From NCBI GenBank assembly GCA_051362555.1, contig CM120644.1, positions 7,200,954-7,264,953 of the forward strand: a stretch of DNA of 64,000 nucleotides, written 5' to 3'. The notes below the pieces were generated by a model that saw nothing but the letters and a program-made list of their open reading frames with translations, ran no database searches and was not told the DNA's origin. This document shows positions 1 to 11,138 of this stretch, piece by piece. Numbering within the stretch: position 1 is the stretch's first letter; every line of letters starts with the position of its first letter. The position numbers and the translations under genes were made by a program. This DNA comes from Lingula anatina (lineage: Eukaryota > Animalia > Brachiopoda).

Positions 1-284
1 GTTGATTTTTTGACAAGTACATTTTGCCAAAAAAACATTTTTGGGACCTAATTTCTTCTTCTTGTAAAAAGGGTCTCTAATTTTGGTTAAGAAGCGGGCC
101 TTAGAGGGCTTTGAGCAACGGGCCCCTGGTTTGCTATTTATAGGCCTACAACTTCCCAGCAACCACATTTCTACCAAATAGGCCATTGTATATATAGGCC
201 TATAGAAAGTCAGGTGATTAGGCATAGGCAGATACTCATCTTAACATTTTTCTCAAAATTTTTCAAAGTGTGTTAAAATGTGCC

Positions 285-445
285 TGTTTGGCGCAATTTG
301 AAATATTACATTTTTCTTTCAAATTGCGTTGAGTCTGTCCACGATTTTAACGCAATTTGAAATATTTTTTCACATCGCGTTGACTTTGTCCCATTTTTGA
401 CGCGATTTGAAAATTTTTTTCAAATTGCGTAATTTTTTCAAAGTG
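285..445. repeat. Degenerate repeat of about 49 bp downstream of CYP gene A
   Basis: Recurrent CGCAATTTGAAATATT / TTCAAATTGCGT units. Confidence 0.6.
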
Positions 446-490
446 GGTTGTAACAGACGTTTTTAAACCAATCTTGGGTCAACTTATGAT

Positions 491-3400
491 CTAGTGCCAT
501 GGTTTTGCACAAACACGTGCGCACGGCGCCAAGTACATGGGTCCCGGGGCTCCTACCAGATCTGGAAGCGCTTCTCCATCCGGAACACGGAAAGAGAACC
601 CCTAAAGTAAGGCCGTAAAGACGAGAAACAACTCTTGCCGCGCAAGCACTTCTCCTGGGCAGGATCGTGGCCCTAGAAAGACAAAATACGATCCGCTATA
701 TGTACATGCACTAGTAAATAAGTTGATATATTTACAGTACTTGCCTTGCTGCATGCTCTATATGTACCCCTGTAGTATACATGTACGTATGTCATATACC
801 CCTGTAATACGAAATACCCGACAGCTTGGTATCACAGCTGTTCTGTATCAAAGTTATAAAACTAAAAAGTCACTCGATGCAGACCCTCACCAAGACAGCT
901 CAGTTCTCATTTTTCTAGATAATTAATTAATTTCTGGCCTAAAAATTAAACCCGCCACCCCCCCCCCACCCCCCAACACTTACGATAAATACGGAAGTAG
1001 ACTTAACTGCATGAAAACGCTGTATGAAAATTATATTTCAAAATACAAATAAAAGTTTTATAAGCAAATATAAAGCAGAATGTTGAAATAAGGAGAACGC
1101 ATCCATACCCACAGAAAATGGAATAAACTGCTCGATTTTCTTTAATCTTCCACATTCGTCCAGAAATCTCTCGGGTTGGAATGCATGTGGGTTGCCCCAA
1201 AGTTCGTTGTTCATGAAGATGGACCAGTGATTTGCCAAAATGGTTGTTCCTTTGGGTATGAGGTGTCCATTGGCTGTGACGTCATTTGTGGCTTTGTGAG
1301 GTAGCGAAAACGGCGAGATGTAATTGCAACGCTGTATCTCCATTAATGTTGCACAGGTGAAGGGCAGTTTTGGCCTATCGGCAAGAGCAGGTCGACGTTC
1401 CTGTCCAACCATTTCGTCTATTTCTGCTTGGATTTTGGAAATGGCGTCTCGGTTGGACAATAAAAACAACATTCCCCATGTCATTGTAAGTGAAGTTGTC
1501 TCAGAACCGGCAAAATATAAGCTTCGACAGTTCGTTGCCGTGTCGTCTTCACTGAACAGCAACTGACAGTCCGGACCTCGCAAATTGGACTTGTGGAGAA
1601 AAGCGTCAGCAAGACCACGTGTTGCGTTTGCCCTGTAACCTGTTCTGTTGTGTGCCATCATCCGATTGAAATTATTTGCAAAGGTTCTCCATGCGTTTCT
1701 CCCGCGTTTGCATTGCGGTAAAAACCCGAGAAACGGAAAACAGTTTTCGATGGATGCTTGTGCGCTGAGATCGAGTGCGTTGTGGAAGGAGTCTATCAAA
1801 CCTATGAAATCTGGGTCGTCATAGTCCTGCCTTTTTCCAAACAAAATGGCACCTATTATGTTTGATGCCAGGGCACTTATTAGACAACTAAAGTCAAAAG
1901 GCTCACCGTTTTTGTCTTTTATATGTTGTACGAGAGCATCAATTTCCTTCTGAGTGTGAAACTCGATGTCGGCCTTTGACAGATACTTCATGGCGAATTC
2001 TTTTTGTGTTCTCTGTGTTTGACTGGCATCACTCCACAAGATACCTAGCACAACAAATAACCAAATTATAGGTGCCATGAAATTTTCTTCAAACAAGTTA
2101 AAGTCACCATTATCACTGTAGTTCAATATTTTGTTTCGATAATACATATTTTGTCTAAAGAAAAAAGGAAAATGCGCATTTTTTAAAGATTATTTTTACC
2201 CTCATTGCACCTCATTGCATTTGTTAAAGGCTGGGTCACACTGCGCTTGCCACCTTTTGGCAACCTCTTTGCAACCACAAAATCTGGTGGTCGCTTGCGA
2301 TCACTTTGCGACCTTATTTGCATATTTTGATCGGCAAGCAGTTGCTAACCGGTTGCAACAAGGTTACAGTATGGTATCTGCAACCTCTTACAGACAATCT
2401 TCAAGTCAGAGGTTACCAGTCGCACACCGTTAGGCGAGCGATAAACAACCTGTCAGCAACCACTTGGAGACTGAAAACCGGTTGCAGGACTGTAGCGATC
2501 GCTTGCCAACTGGTAGCAGCAAGGTTGCACAGACTATATATATTTTATAAGTTGTGACGATAGCTACCTTCTCGTAAATTTCCCTCTCGGATGACAACAG
2601 AGGGAATATTTTAAACATTATTATACAACGATTGGATCCGTTCCGTAGCAGCTTCAAATGATTTAATATTTTGAATATTAAAGTATGATTCTGCTATGAG
2701 ATTCTGTTATAACGTCACAGTCGATTTCTGTACTACCAATATTGTCAAACTTACAATAATAAATAAGAAATATATTTGTACTATATATTGGCATTTATAT
2801 CAAACCAGTGGTGTAATAAAACACATATTTGGATGTTTTTTCAGCCTTATTAATGTAATAATAGGCATGCATAGTTTTTTTTTCAATACTTGGTATCTTT
2901 GAGGTCGCAAGGCCTGTGCAGTTACGGTCACACTGAACATAAAACCTCCTTGCGACTTGCAACTGTCACCGGTTGCAGAAAGGTGGGCGACAAGTTGCAA
3001 CAACTCGCAAAGTGGTCTCCAAATGAACGCTGGGTTACTATCCGGTCGCACCGGTTTTCGGTGCAGCACCGAAAACCTCCTGGCGACCGAAAAGCCTAGT
3101 TGTGGTATCCAACCGGTTGCTAAAAGGTCGCCGACTGCTTAGCAACTGATTTGCGACCGATTGTGTGGTTTTCCCTTTGTCTTTGTAGCCCCAAGCGTTA
3201 CACTTACAATACAACATCTTTAAATAGTGAAGGATCCTGCGCGTCATCAATTTGTTTCCGTCCTTGTGGTACGAATTCTAAGTACTGGGAGGAAGTTAAT
3301 TTGTATTTATTTGACCTTCTTTATATTGGTGACACTGTTTTACTGTTATAAAAATGCCTGACAATTAAATTTATTGTAAAAAGTATGAATCAAACTTTGC

Positions 3401-5220
3401 TATTTACTTTTTTCTCTGCGCCCGCCTATTTGCTTAATTTTTCTTCCATTGTGACTTGGCAAATTATGACTTGGCAAATTAAAAAGTAAGATATTTCCGG
3501 CTGCTTTAGTCATTAAAAATGTTTCCAGTAGATTTGACAACAATAGTTGTCAAAAATTAGCCATGATATAGGAATGGATAAAAAGATAACAGTTTATCGT
3601 TTACATTGTGATAATCATTATTGATTGTTTTGGCACTTTATTTGATTTGTTTTTAAAGTCTTTCAATTGTTGGTTATAGAAAAACCTTAAAAAAAATCAA
3701 CTAATTCTTCTACCTCTTTAATAGTAAATTTAGGCTCCCTGTCTCCTCCGCGTTCATCATCTTTCGGTTGATCCTCTTCGTGGGAAGCAGAGTCTGTGTT
3801 GGAACTTTGTGAAGAACTTTCTTCACGGGCATTTGCTTTCTCAAAATACATTCTGGCCACCCTTCCCACGCTGTTGGATGACATACTGAGTACTGAAGAC
3901 ACGGGCTCAGCGGCTTCTATTTACAACACTTTTAGTCAAGTATGGTGGCTGATAGGGACTCATACATTTATTTATTTTATTGAAAAAAAATACTTATGAA
4001 AACCTTCTAAATAAATTTAAAAGGATGACAACAAATACAATCTACGTTTTAATTGAGAAATAACGATTTTTGTCAAGGTATTTAGAAAGCCTTAATGGCA
4101 TGATATAAATGAAAAATATATTTATATATTTAGTGGCCACCATCCTACGCTTATTTTATCACGGTTGCTTGCGACCTTCTCGCGACATGTTTTCGAGTGC
4201 ATGCGAGCTGTAAGAAACCTGTTAGAGACCAAGCGACTAAAGACCGTTAATCGACCATGAAGTTTCAACTGCAACCTCCTTGCGACCTGCTGCCCACTGC
4301 TTGCAACCGGTTAGTAACCTGTTTGCAACTAAGCGACTAAAGACCGTCAATCGACCGTGCAGTTACAGGTGGTATGCGACTGGTTTTAGTCTGGTTACAG
4401 CGACCTACTGGCAACCAAGAGGAGACCTATAGGCAACCTCTCAGTTACCAATCGTTTTCATTATCAGTCGCACTGGTTGTCGGTGCCAAAAAAATGGCCT
4501 TCGTGTGTCAACGATCGCAGGCGACCTGTTTGCAACCTAATGCGACCACTTTAAAACCTAGGGCAACCTCCTTGCGACTGAGGTTGCAAAGAGGTTGCCA
4601 AAAGGTTGCAAGCGCAGTGTGACCCAGCCTTAACATGTTGATGCTAAACGAATATGCAACTAAAGCTTGTTTTTTTCAATGCAAGGATCGCATGAGGAAG
4701 GGTAAAAAAAGGAGAAAGGGTATTAATTGGCATTATTCACAGCATTCATGAGGTAGATGATGAGAAGACACAGTCGGCGCAATAAGTTGGAATAGAAGGA
4801 ATTACGTTTAATTTACAAAACAATGTTTTAATGAGCTGGGAGCTAGTGACCAGTTCACGTGATACACTCACCTCTTCCGCCTAGATATCTCAAAGTTGAC
4901 ATACGTGCTCTGCCCGAGCAATCTGCTCCTTTCTTCTGAAACACTTCTCGAATAGCTTCATAGCCATTCAGTATAACCGCAGTTTTGGTCCCCATTCTCA
5001 CGCTGAATACGTTGCCATACCTTTTAGCCCATTGCATCATGGTGAACTGAGGGTCTCTCCCAAGAAATGGGAGAACCCCGACCACTGGGAGACCCCATGG
5101 ACCCGGAGGAAGGTTTTTACTGTCGCGTTGCCACCAAAGAAGGAGGAACAGAATAAGCATCGCCGTCGCAAGCATCATAGAGATACTTGATGTATCAAAG
5201 GGAATTACATTGAGTAACAT
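491..5220 (-). pseudogene. Cytochrome P450 clan 2 (CYP2-like) gene A; exons 5220-4872, 2044-1109, 672-491; in-frame TAG at 604-602
   Basis: N-terminal anchor + PPGPWGLP, I-helix AGSETT, ExxR (MEIQR), PERF, heme motif FSVG|PRSCPGE across a GT-AG intron. Last exon reads ...TALL*GFSFRVP... with 36 further paralog-like codons to the natural TAG at 493-491. Confidence 0.85.
2228..4630. mobile_element. Non-autonomous PIF/Harbinger-like DNA transposon in intron 1 of CYP gene A
   Basis: Long TIRs AGGCTGGGTCACACTGCGCTTGC.../...GCAAGCGCAGTGTGACCCAGCCT, TAA TSD on both sides, subterminal GCAACC/GCGACC-rich repeats, decayed coding remnants inside. Confidence 0.88.
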
Positions 5221-6041
5221 TTTTTAAGTTACTGGCAAGTGTTAACTGTCAGTATAAAGACCAATTGCTCAGTAGTGTATGATATGGTCACCTATATATA
5301 CCTGCACAAGGTACACGCATGTGAAATTAACGGTCTCTTTTTATAGCCTCCACGACGTAGAGATATTTAACCCCATAAGGACACAGCCTCTTGAGGTGAA
5401 CACCACCCATGACATGTATTTGCCCATTTATATCAGTAGACGGATGACATACGCACACCCGCCAGTCGGCCAGTGACCCGCAGCACGGCCTCACGAGGTC
5501 AGGAGACCCAGTTTGAAGTCATGAGCCCGTTGTACAAACGTTTGTGATTTTCTGGTTCAGCTGGGATTCGGTATGTGTAGGCATGCATGATCATCAGGAT
5601 ATGCTGATTACATTTAGAACACAAATTTCGTTCTCGGATTTCAGACCGAATTATTTGGTGTTACATGTGTTTTGTGGATCAATCTGTGGGCATGATTCAC
5701 TGGTCTGCATGCACCATTACAGCCAATTTCTTACTTATGTGAACAGACCTATTAGACTAGTACTTTTTCCATAAGGCACTAGTAGCCTAAAACTGACAGT
5801 TTGAACCAGAAAACGGAAAAGGTTTAAAGAGAAGGTGAGCCTTAAAATGTTTTCTACAGGTACATAGTCCCAGCTGATGACCATTTTAACTTATAGCCTA
5901 TAGGTACTGGTAAATAATAAGCAAGCAGCCAGTAGACGTATCGTTAAATGGTCAAACGCTCCTTTTGACTGACGAGGACGTATTTATTTGAAGAATGAAA
6001 CGATGCCCCCATTTCTACTTTATATCTACGCCCATTCATCC

Positions 6042-6148
6042 CACCCTGAGCTTCAGAGATAATTTGACACTAACCTCTTCATCGTGACACGATGAAGATA
6101 GGCTATAGTGAAGAGGTTAGTGTCAAGTTATCTCTGAAGCTCAGGGTG
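6042..6148. mobile_element. 107-bp palindromic MITE with 8-bp TSD (hAT- or P-type)
   Basis: TIR CACCCTGAGCTTCAGAGATAA.TTGACACTAACCTCTTCA; TSD ATTCATCC at 6034-6041 and 6149-6156; absent from the paralogous block near 10110. Confidence 0.88.
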
Positions 6149-6280
6149 ATTCATCCACTTCATTCAGATAAAGTTACTGCCATAATATGTGACTTTTTTA
6201 AAGCAGTCTAGGCTGTAACTTGCCTCTCGACTGCTTTTTGGCGGATGTATTTAAAAAAAACAAGACGGGGTATTCATATT

Positions 6281-6564
6281 CAGGGCCGTAGCCTGAGCAA
6301 AATGCCAGGGGGGGGCAGTAAGTGGACACGATGGGGCGAAGCCCCCGAGGGGGGAGGGTGTGGGAGGGGTTGTCCCCCTCCCACGGTGTGGAAAATTTTT
6401 AAAAACTATATGTATAATACTGCATTCTGGTGCATTTTAACTGTTATTTATTGCTCAATCAGAAGTAAAAAATTGTGGGTTCATTTTGCCATTTTGCCAT
6501 ATTTGCACCTCAAATCCCAGGGGGGGCAGCTGCCCCCCCTGCCCCCCCGGAGGCTACGGCCCTG
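6281..6564. mobile_element. MITE, CAGG..GTAGC family, 5-bp TSD (ATATT)
   Basis: CAGGGCCGTAGCCT...AGGCTACGGCCCTG termini, G/C-run subterminal blocks, ATATT on both flanks. Confidence 0.8.
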
Positions 6565-6971
6565 ATATTTTGCGGCACGAGGCGAGGTTGCTTTCGAGAA
6601 AGAAAGTCAACAGGCCTCTACTGATTGTTGTAGGACCTAATGGATGTGAAATATACATGACAGAGCCATTGCCCGAGGAATATGTGCTTTGTTTGAAGGG
6701 GGTGGGGTCAGATGTTGAGAGCCTACAACACATGTTCAGTGTTATCTAGGTCAACCACTTATCTAGATGAATGGAAAGTTGGGTTGTCCGATGGACTGGA
6801 GAAAGGAAACAATATTTAAAATTCTATAATGATCCAACAAATATACATATTTATTATTTCTGTGATGTAATTTTCCACCTTTCATACCTATCTCTCACAT
6901 ATGGGTACATAAACACAGTTCACGGTCTTGTATAATGTAAACAAATTCTTAGTCTACTATTGCAAAACGTT

Positions 6972-7620
6972 GTTGTCAAGTCGATCACTACACCGGCTTT
7001 TTATGCAAAAGGTAATTTGCTGGGACCCAGGAGGGCCTGCATTCGTTTTCGCGCCTTCCCGATCACGTGGTCAGCTTGTATCCGTGGGGAGGTGACATGC
7101 CTCGTCCGGGATTCGAACTCGTGACTACTCGTCATTCGTTACCATAGTAGATGATATGTGGGGATGTTTTTTAGCAGCCGTGCACGCTACCGATTGCGCC
7201 GTGAGTGACCCGCCCACCCTCCGTAGGTACGAGTTTCCTCTTATAGTAACCAAACAAAATTTTTAGAAATGATCTCAGGAATAAAAAGAACGATGGACGT
7301 TCTAGTATTCGAACCCTCGTAGCAGTGTTTCGCGATGTACGAGGTAGCAGAGTTACCACGGAGCCGCGGAAGCTTTGTTGGAAGTTTTCAGATCAAATGC
7401 AATCTTTCTACCTTGTTATGAAGAGGGCCAGTTTGGATGCATATGTCAATGTCCCAAATAAAAATCGATAGCACTTAAGCCAAAAAATTCCATTTCATCC
7501 CGAACAGCCCCAGTCCCCGAACATCCTCTTATCATTGAACGCTGAAGTACATGTAGTTGATGTACACGAGACCTTGTTTAAGAAGCCGACACAAAGCGTT
7601 CCTAGATAGATACATTCCCA
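6972..7620 (-). repeat. tRNA-derived composite repeat, copy 1
   Basis: Near-identical to 8625-9612; two tRNA-like modules with A/B-box-like motifs on the minus strand (GGCGCAATCGGTAGCG...GAGTTCGAATCCC and GGCTCCGTGGTAA...GGGTTCGAATAC). Confidence 0.75.
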
Positions 7621-7844
7621 TTTTTACAATGACTTTCTTTTGAGCTGAGATTTAGTTTGGTATAGCCTATGACGTGAAATAGCACAAAGGGACGATTTAA
7701 GTGTTAGCAAGCACCAAAGAAGAGGGAGTCATTAGTAAACGTTCAAATGTGTTAAATCTTTTGCACTTGCCATTCCAGCAATATTGCAACGATGTGAATT
7801 TTGAGAAAAAAGTTTTTGGCAGACAATGCCGCCGAAAGGATACT

Positions 7845-8096
7845 TTTGTCTGTTAGCAACATTACAGAAAAAGTTTTAGACCGATTTTGATGAAATTTTC
7901 AGGAAATGTCAGAAGTGGACCAAGGAACAGATGATTAGTTTTTGGTGGTGATCAGGATCAATTATCAATCAATAATCAATAATCAAAAATCCAAAAACTA
8001 AATCATTATAGAATGAAAATTTAGGGGTGAAACGGCTTTGGGTGGAGACTTTGCTGCCTTGGCAGAGGTCTGCGCTCTCGGAAAGATTTTCTAGTT
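7845..8096 (+). mobile_element. Partial non-autonomous Helentron/HINE-like element
   Basis: GTCTGTTAGCAACATT...GATTTTGATGAAATTTTCAGGA...TTTTGGTGGTGATC...GCCTTGGCAGAGGTCTGCGCTCTC...TTTCTAGTT; same family as 55229-55660. Class assigned from recalled structure only. Confidence 0.55.
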
Positions 8097-8624
8097 TCAG
8101 ATGCTTTTATTTTCACTTTGGTTTACAACGAGATTGTAACGTCTGACTTCACCTGTGACGTTATAGAGCACGACGATAGATAAAGCGGTTCACACTATAT
8201 GGCAGTTTTGGTTTTGAGTAGTCTTTGCCATTTCTAATGGCCACTGTGGAGTTGCCCCGGGTACTGTAAGACAATACGAACTTTCTTGATGAGCAAGGCC
8301 CGGGAGGAGCCGAGGGTATCAAAAACAACAAAATGGTAGATCGGTTGAAGCGATAGCGGTGTCGTAACTTTCGAAAAGATAAGAAAAATTATCTTGCTGA
8401 TAATGTCTCCGAGACGACAGCACTCTCTGATGAAAGGGCAGTATGACGAGAATGGCGCCATGCCGGTTTAGCTATTGGCTCAATTCAAATTTGATCTGTT
8501 GCGTAGCTGGTAAAGGATAGAGATCAGGGACCATTCCCGCCTAAGCATCATTTTAAGAAACATTAAATAAAGTGTAAAAAAGTGCTACTGACGCGGCAGA
8601 CTTTATGATAACAACCAGCAAAAA

Positions 8625-9612
8625 GTTGTCAAGTCGATCACTATACCGGTTTTTTTATGCAAAAGGTAATTTGCTGGGACCCAGGAGGGACTGCATTCGT
8701 TTTCGGGCCTTCCCGATCACGTGGTCAGCTTGTATCCGTGGGGAGGTGACATGCCTCGTCCGGGATTCGAACTCGTGACTACTCGTCACTCGTTACCATG
8801 GTAGATGATGTGTGTGGATGTTTTTTTTAGCAGCCATGCACGCTACCGATTGCGCCGTAAGTGACCCGCCCCCTTCCGTAGGTACGAGTTCCCTCTTATA
8901 GTAACCAAACAAAATTTTTAGAAATGATTTCCAGCAACAAAAAGAACAATGGACGTTCTTGTATTCGAACCCGCGTAGCAGTGTCTCGCGAAGTACGAGG
9001 CAGCCGAGTTACCACGGAGCCGCGGAAGCTTCGTTGGAAGTTTTCAGATCAAATGCAATCTTTCTACCTTGTTATGAAGAGGGCCAGTTTGGATGGCTAT
9101 GTCAATGTCCCAAATAAAAATCGATAGCCCTAAAATTTTATTTCATCCCGAACAGCGCCAGTGCCCGAACATCCTAGCAGCCGTGCACGTTACCGATTGC
9201 GCCGTGAGTCACCCTCCCACCCTCCGTAGGTACGAGTTCCCTCTAACAAAATTTTTAGAAATGATTTCCAGCAACAAAAAGAGCTATGGACGTTCTAGTA
9301 TTCGAACCCGCGTAGCAGTGTCTCGCGAAGTATGAGGCAGCAGAGTTACCACGGAGCCGCGGAAGCTTTGTTGGAAGGTTTCAGATCAAATGCAATCTTT
9401 CTACCTTGTTATGAAGAGGCCAGTTTGGATGCATATGTCAATGTCCCAAATAAAAATCGATAACACTTAAGCCAAAAAATTCCATTTCATCCCGAACAGC
9501 GCCAGTTCCCGAACATCCTCTTATCATTGAACGCTGAAGTACATGTAGATGATGTACACGAGACCTTGTTTAAGAAGCCGACACAAAGCGTTCCTAGATA
9601 GATACATTCCCA
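8625..9612 (-). repeat. tRNA-derived composite repeat, copy 2, with an internal tandem duplication of roughly 340 bp
   Basis: Same ends as copy 1 (GTTGTCAAGTCGATCAC...GATACATTCCCA); the segment starting AGCAGCC at about 8829 recurs at about 9176. Confidence 0.75.
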
Positions 9613-11138
9613 AGCGTACCTGGCGGGGAATAACCTCATTAATCGAGGTATTTAACTATTCTGCATTGTGTCAGTCGCACTTTCTCGGTTGCTGCTGAGT
9701 GCTAATCTTTGACAAAGGTTCCTGCAGGCGCAGGAATGCCCAATCCTGTTTTGAACCAGTTGGAATTTTATAATTTAAATTAGCCTGTTTGTCATGGTAG
9801 ATTTCAACTGATTAACTGGTTGGAACTTAACTGATTTAGTCGGTTAATTTACCTACCGATCGTTAATCAGTTACATCAACATGATTGTTAGTTGGACACA
9901 TATTGAACAGTTGAATCGGTTGGTTTAAACCATTTTTCCCCAGTTTTTTAACCGAAGTGTTTTTAGAGTGTACTCACAGCATATAGGTTAATAACACGCA
10001 AGCAGCCAGTTGATATTTCGCTTTAAGGTAAGACGCTCCTTTGACTAGGGAGGACGCATTTATTTGAGGAAGTGAACGAAGACCCCATTTCAACTATATC
10101 TCTCAGCCCAACCACCCGCTTCATTTAGATATAGTTACTGTTGTTATAAATGACGGTTGTTTTTGATGCAGTTTAGGCAGAAACTCTCCCATTGGCCGAT
10201 TTTTGGCGGATTTTCAAATAAATATACGTGTATGGAGATATCTACGTAGGCTATTAATATTCCTAGGCATCTGCAGCACCTTTTGCAGGTCTACTCAAAA
10301 TATCTACATTACTTCTAGTAATAAATTCTACTGGATGTGATGTAAACATGACAGAGCCATTGGCTGAGAAATATATGCTTTGAAAGGGGTGGGTGGGTGG
10401 GGCAGATGTCGAGGGACTACAGCACATGTTCAGTGGAATTTAAGGCCTGTGGCACTCATCTAGCTAGATGAAGGGAAAGTTGAGTTCGTCTGATGAACTG
10501 GAGAAAGGAAACGCCAATTACATTTTATAAAGATCCAACAAATACATGTATATTTTTTCACATCTTTCGGGTCACTGCCAATTCTTCCTCCGCACTCCGC
10601 ACACACATACGCACACACACATATACCCGAACAATGTAAAAAAGTTCATCATTGCATGTACTTGTATATTTCGCCAAATTATGGTAAAAATAGCTCATAC
10701 ACAAGAGGTATCTGGTCCCCTTGTTAATTAAGTTACAGATGAATATGATGTGTATACGCCATGTACGGTATATAAGCAAGCTACCGGTCTAACTATATAT
10801 CTTGAAATGCGTTTTATACACTGTACCTATAGCTATGTGTAATGTGTAATTACAATAAATACTGGTACGTAGTATCATTTGCAAGTAATGAGGGACATGC
10901 AACCTCCCCAGTCCTTTTCTCAAATACAATTTAGAAGCAAAAAAGAGTACAATGTGTTTTCCCGCGTGATAAATTAACTCTATATTTCATTTACAGAATT
11001 CGTTTCAGCATGCAAAGTAGCCTAATGTGGAATTCTTTAATTACACAACACAATAAGGGTCATAAAATTGAAGACAAGCATACTAAAATACTGAAATTAA
11101 AGGCAAAATCCGGATCGATTTGGGATTTGTATAACTTG

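Noticed and set aside
7098-7373. Functional tRNA genes
   Set aside because: Acceptor, anticodon and T stems have multiple mismatches; kept only as a tRNA-derived repeat.
8234-8461. 75-aa ORF downstream of a CCAAT box
   Set aside because: No recognisable motif or splice partners; lies among repeat fragments.
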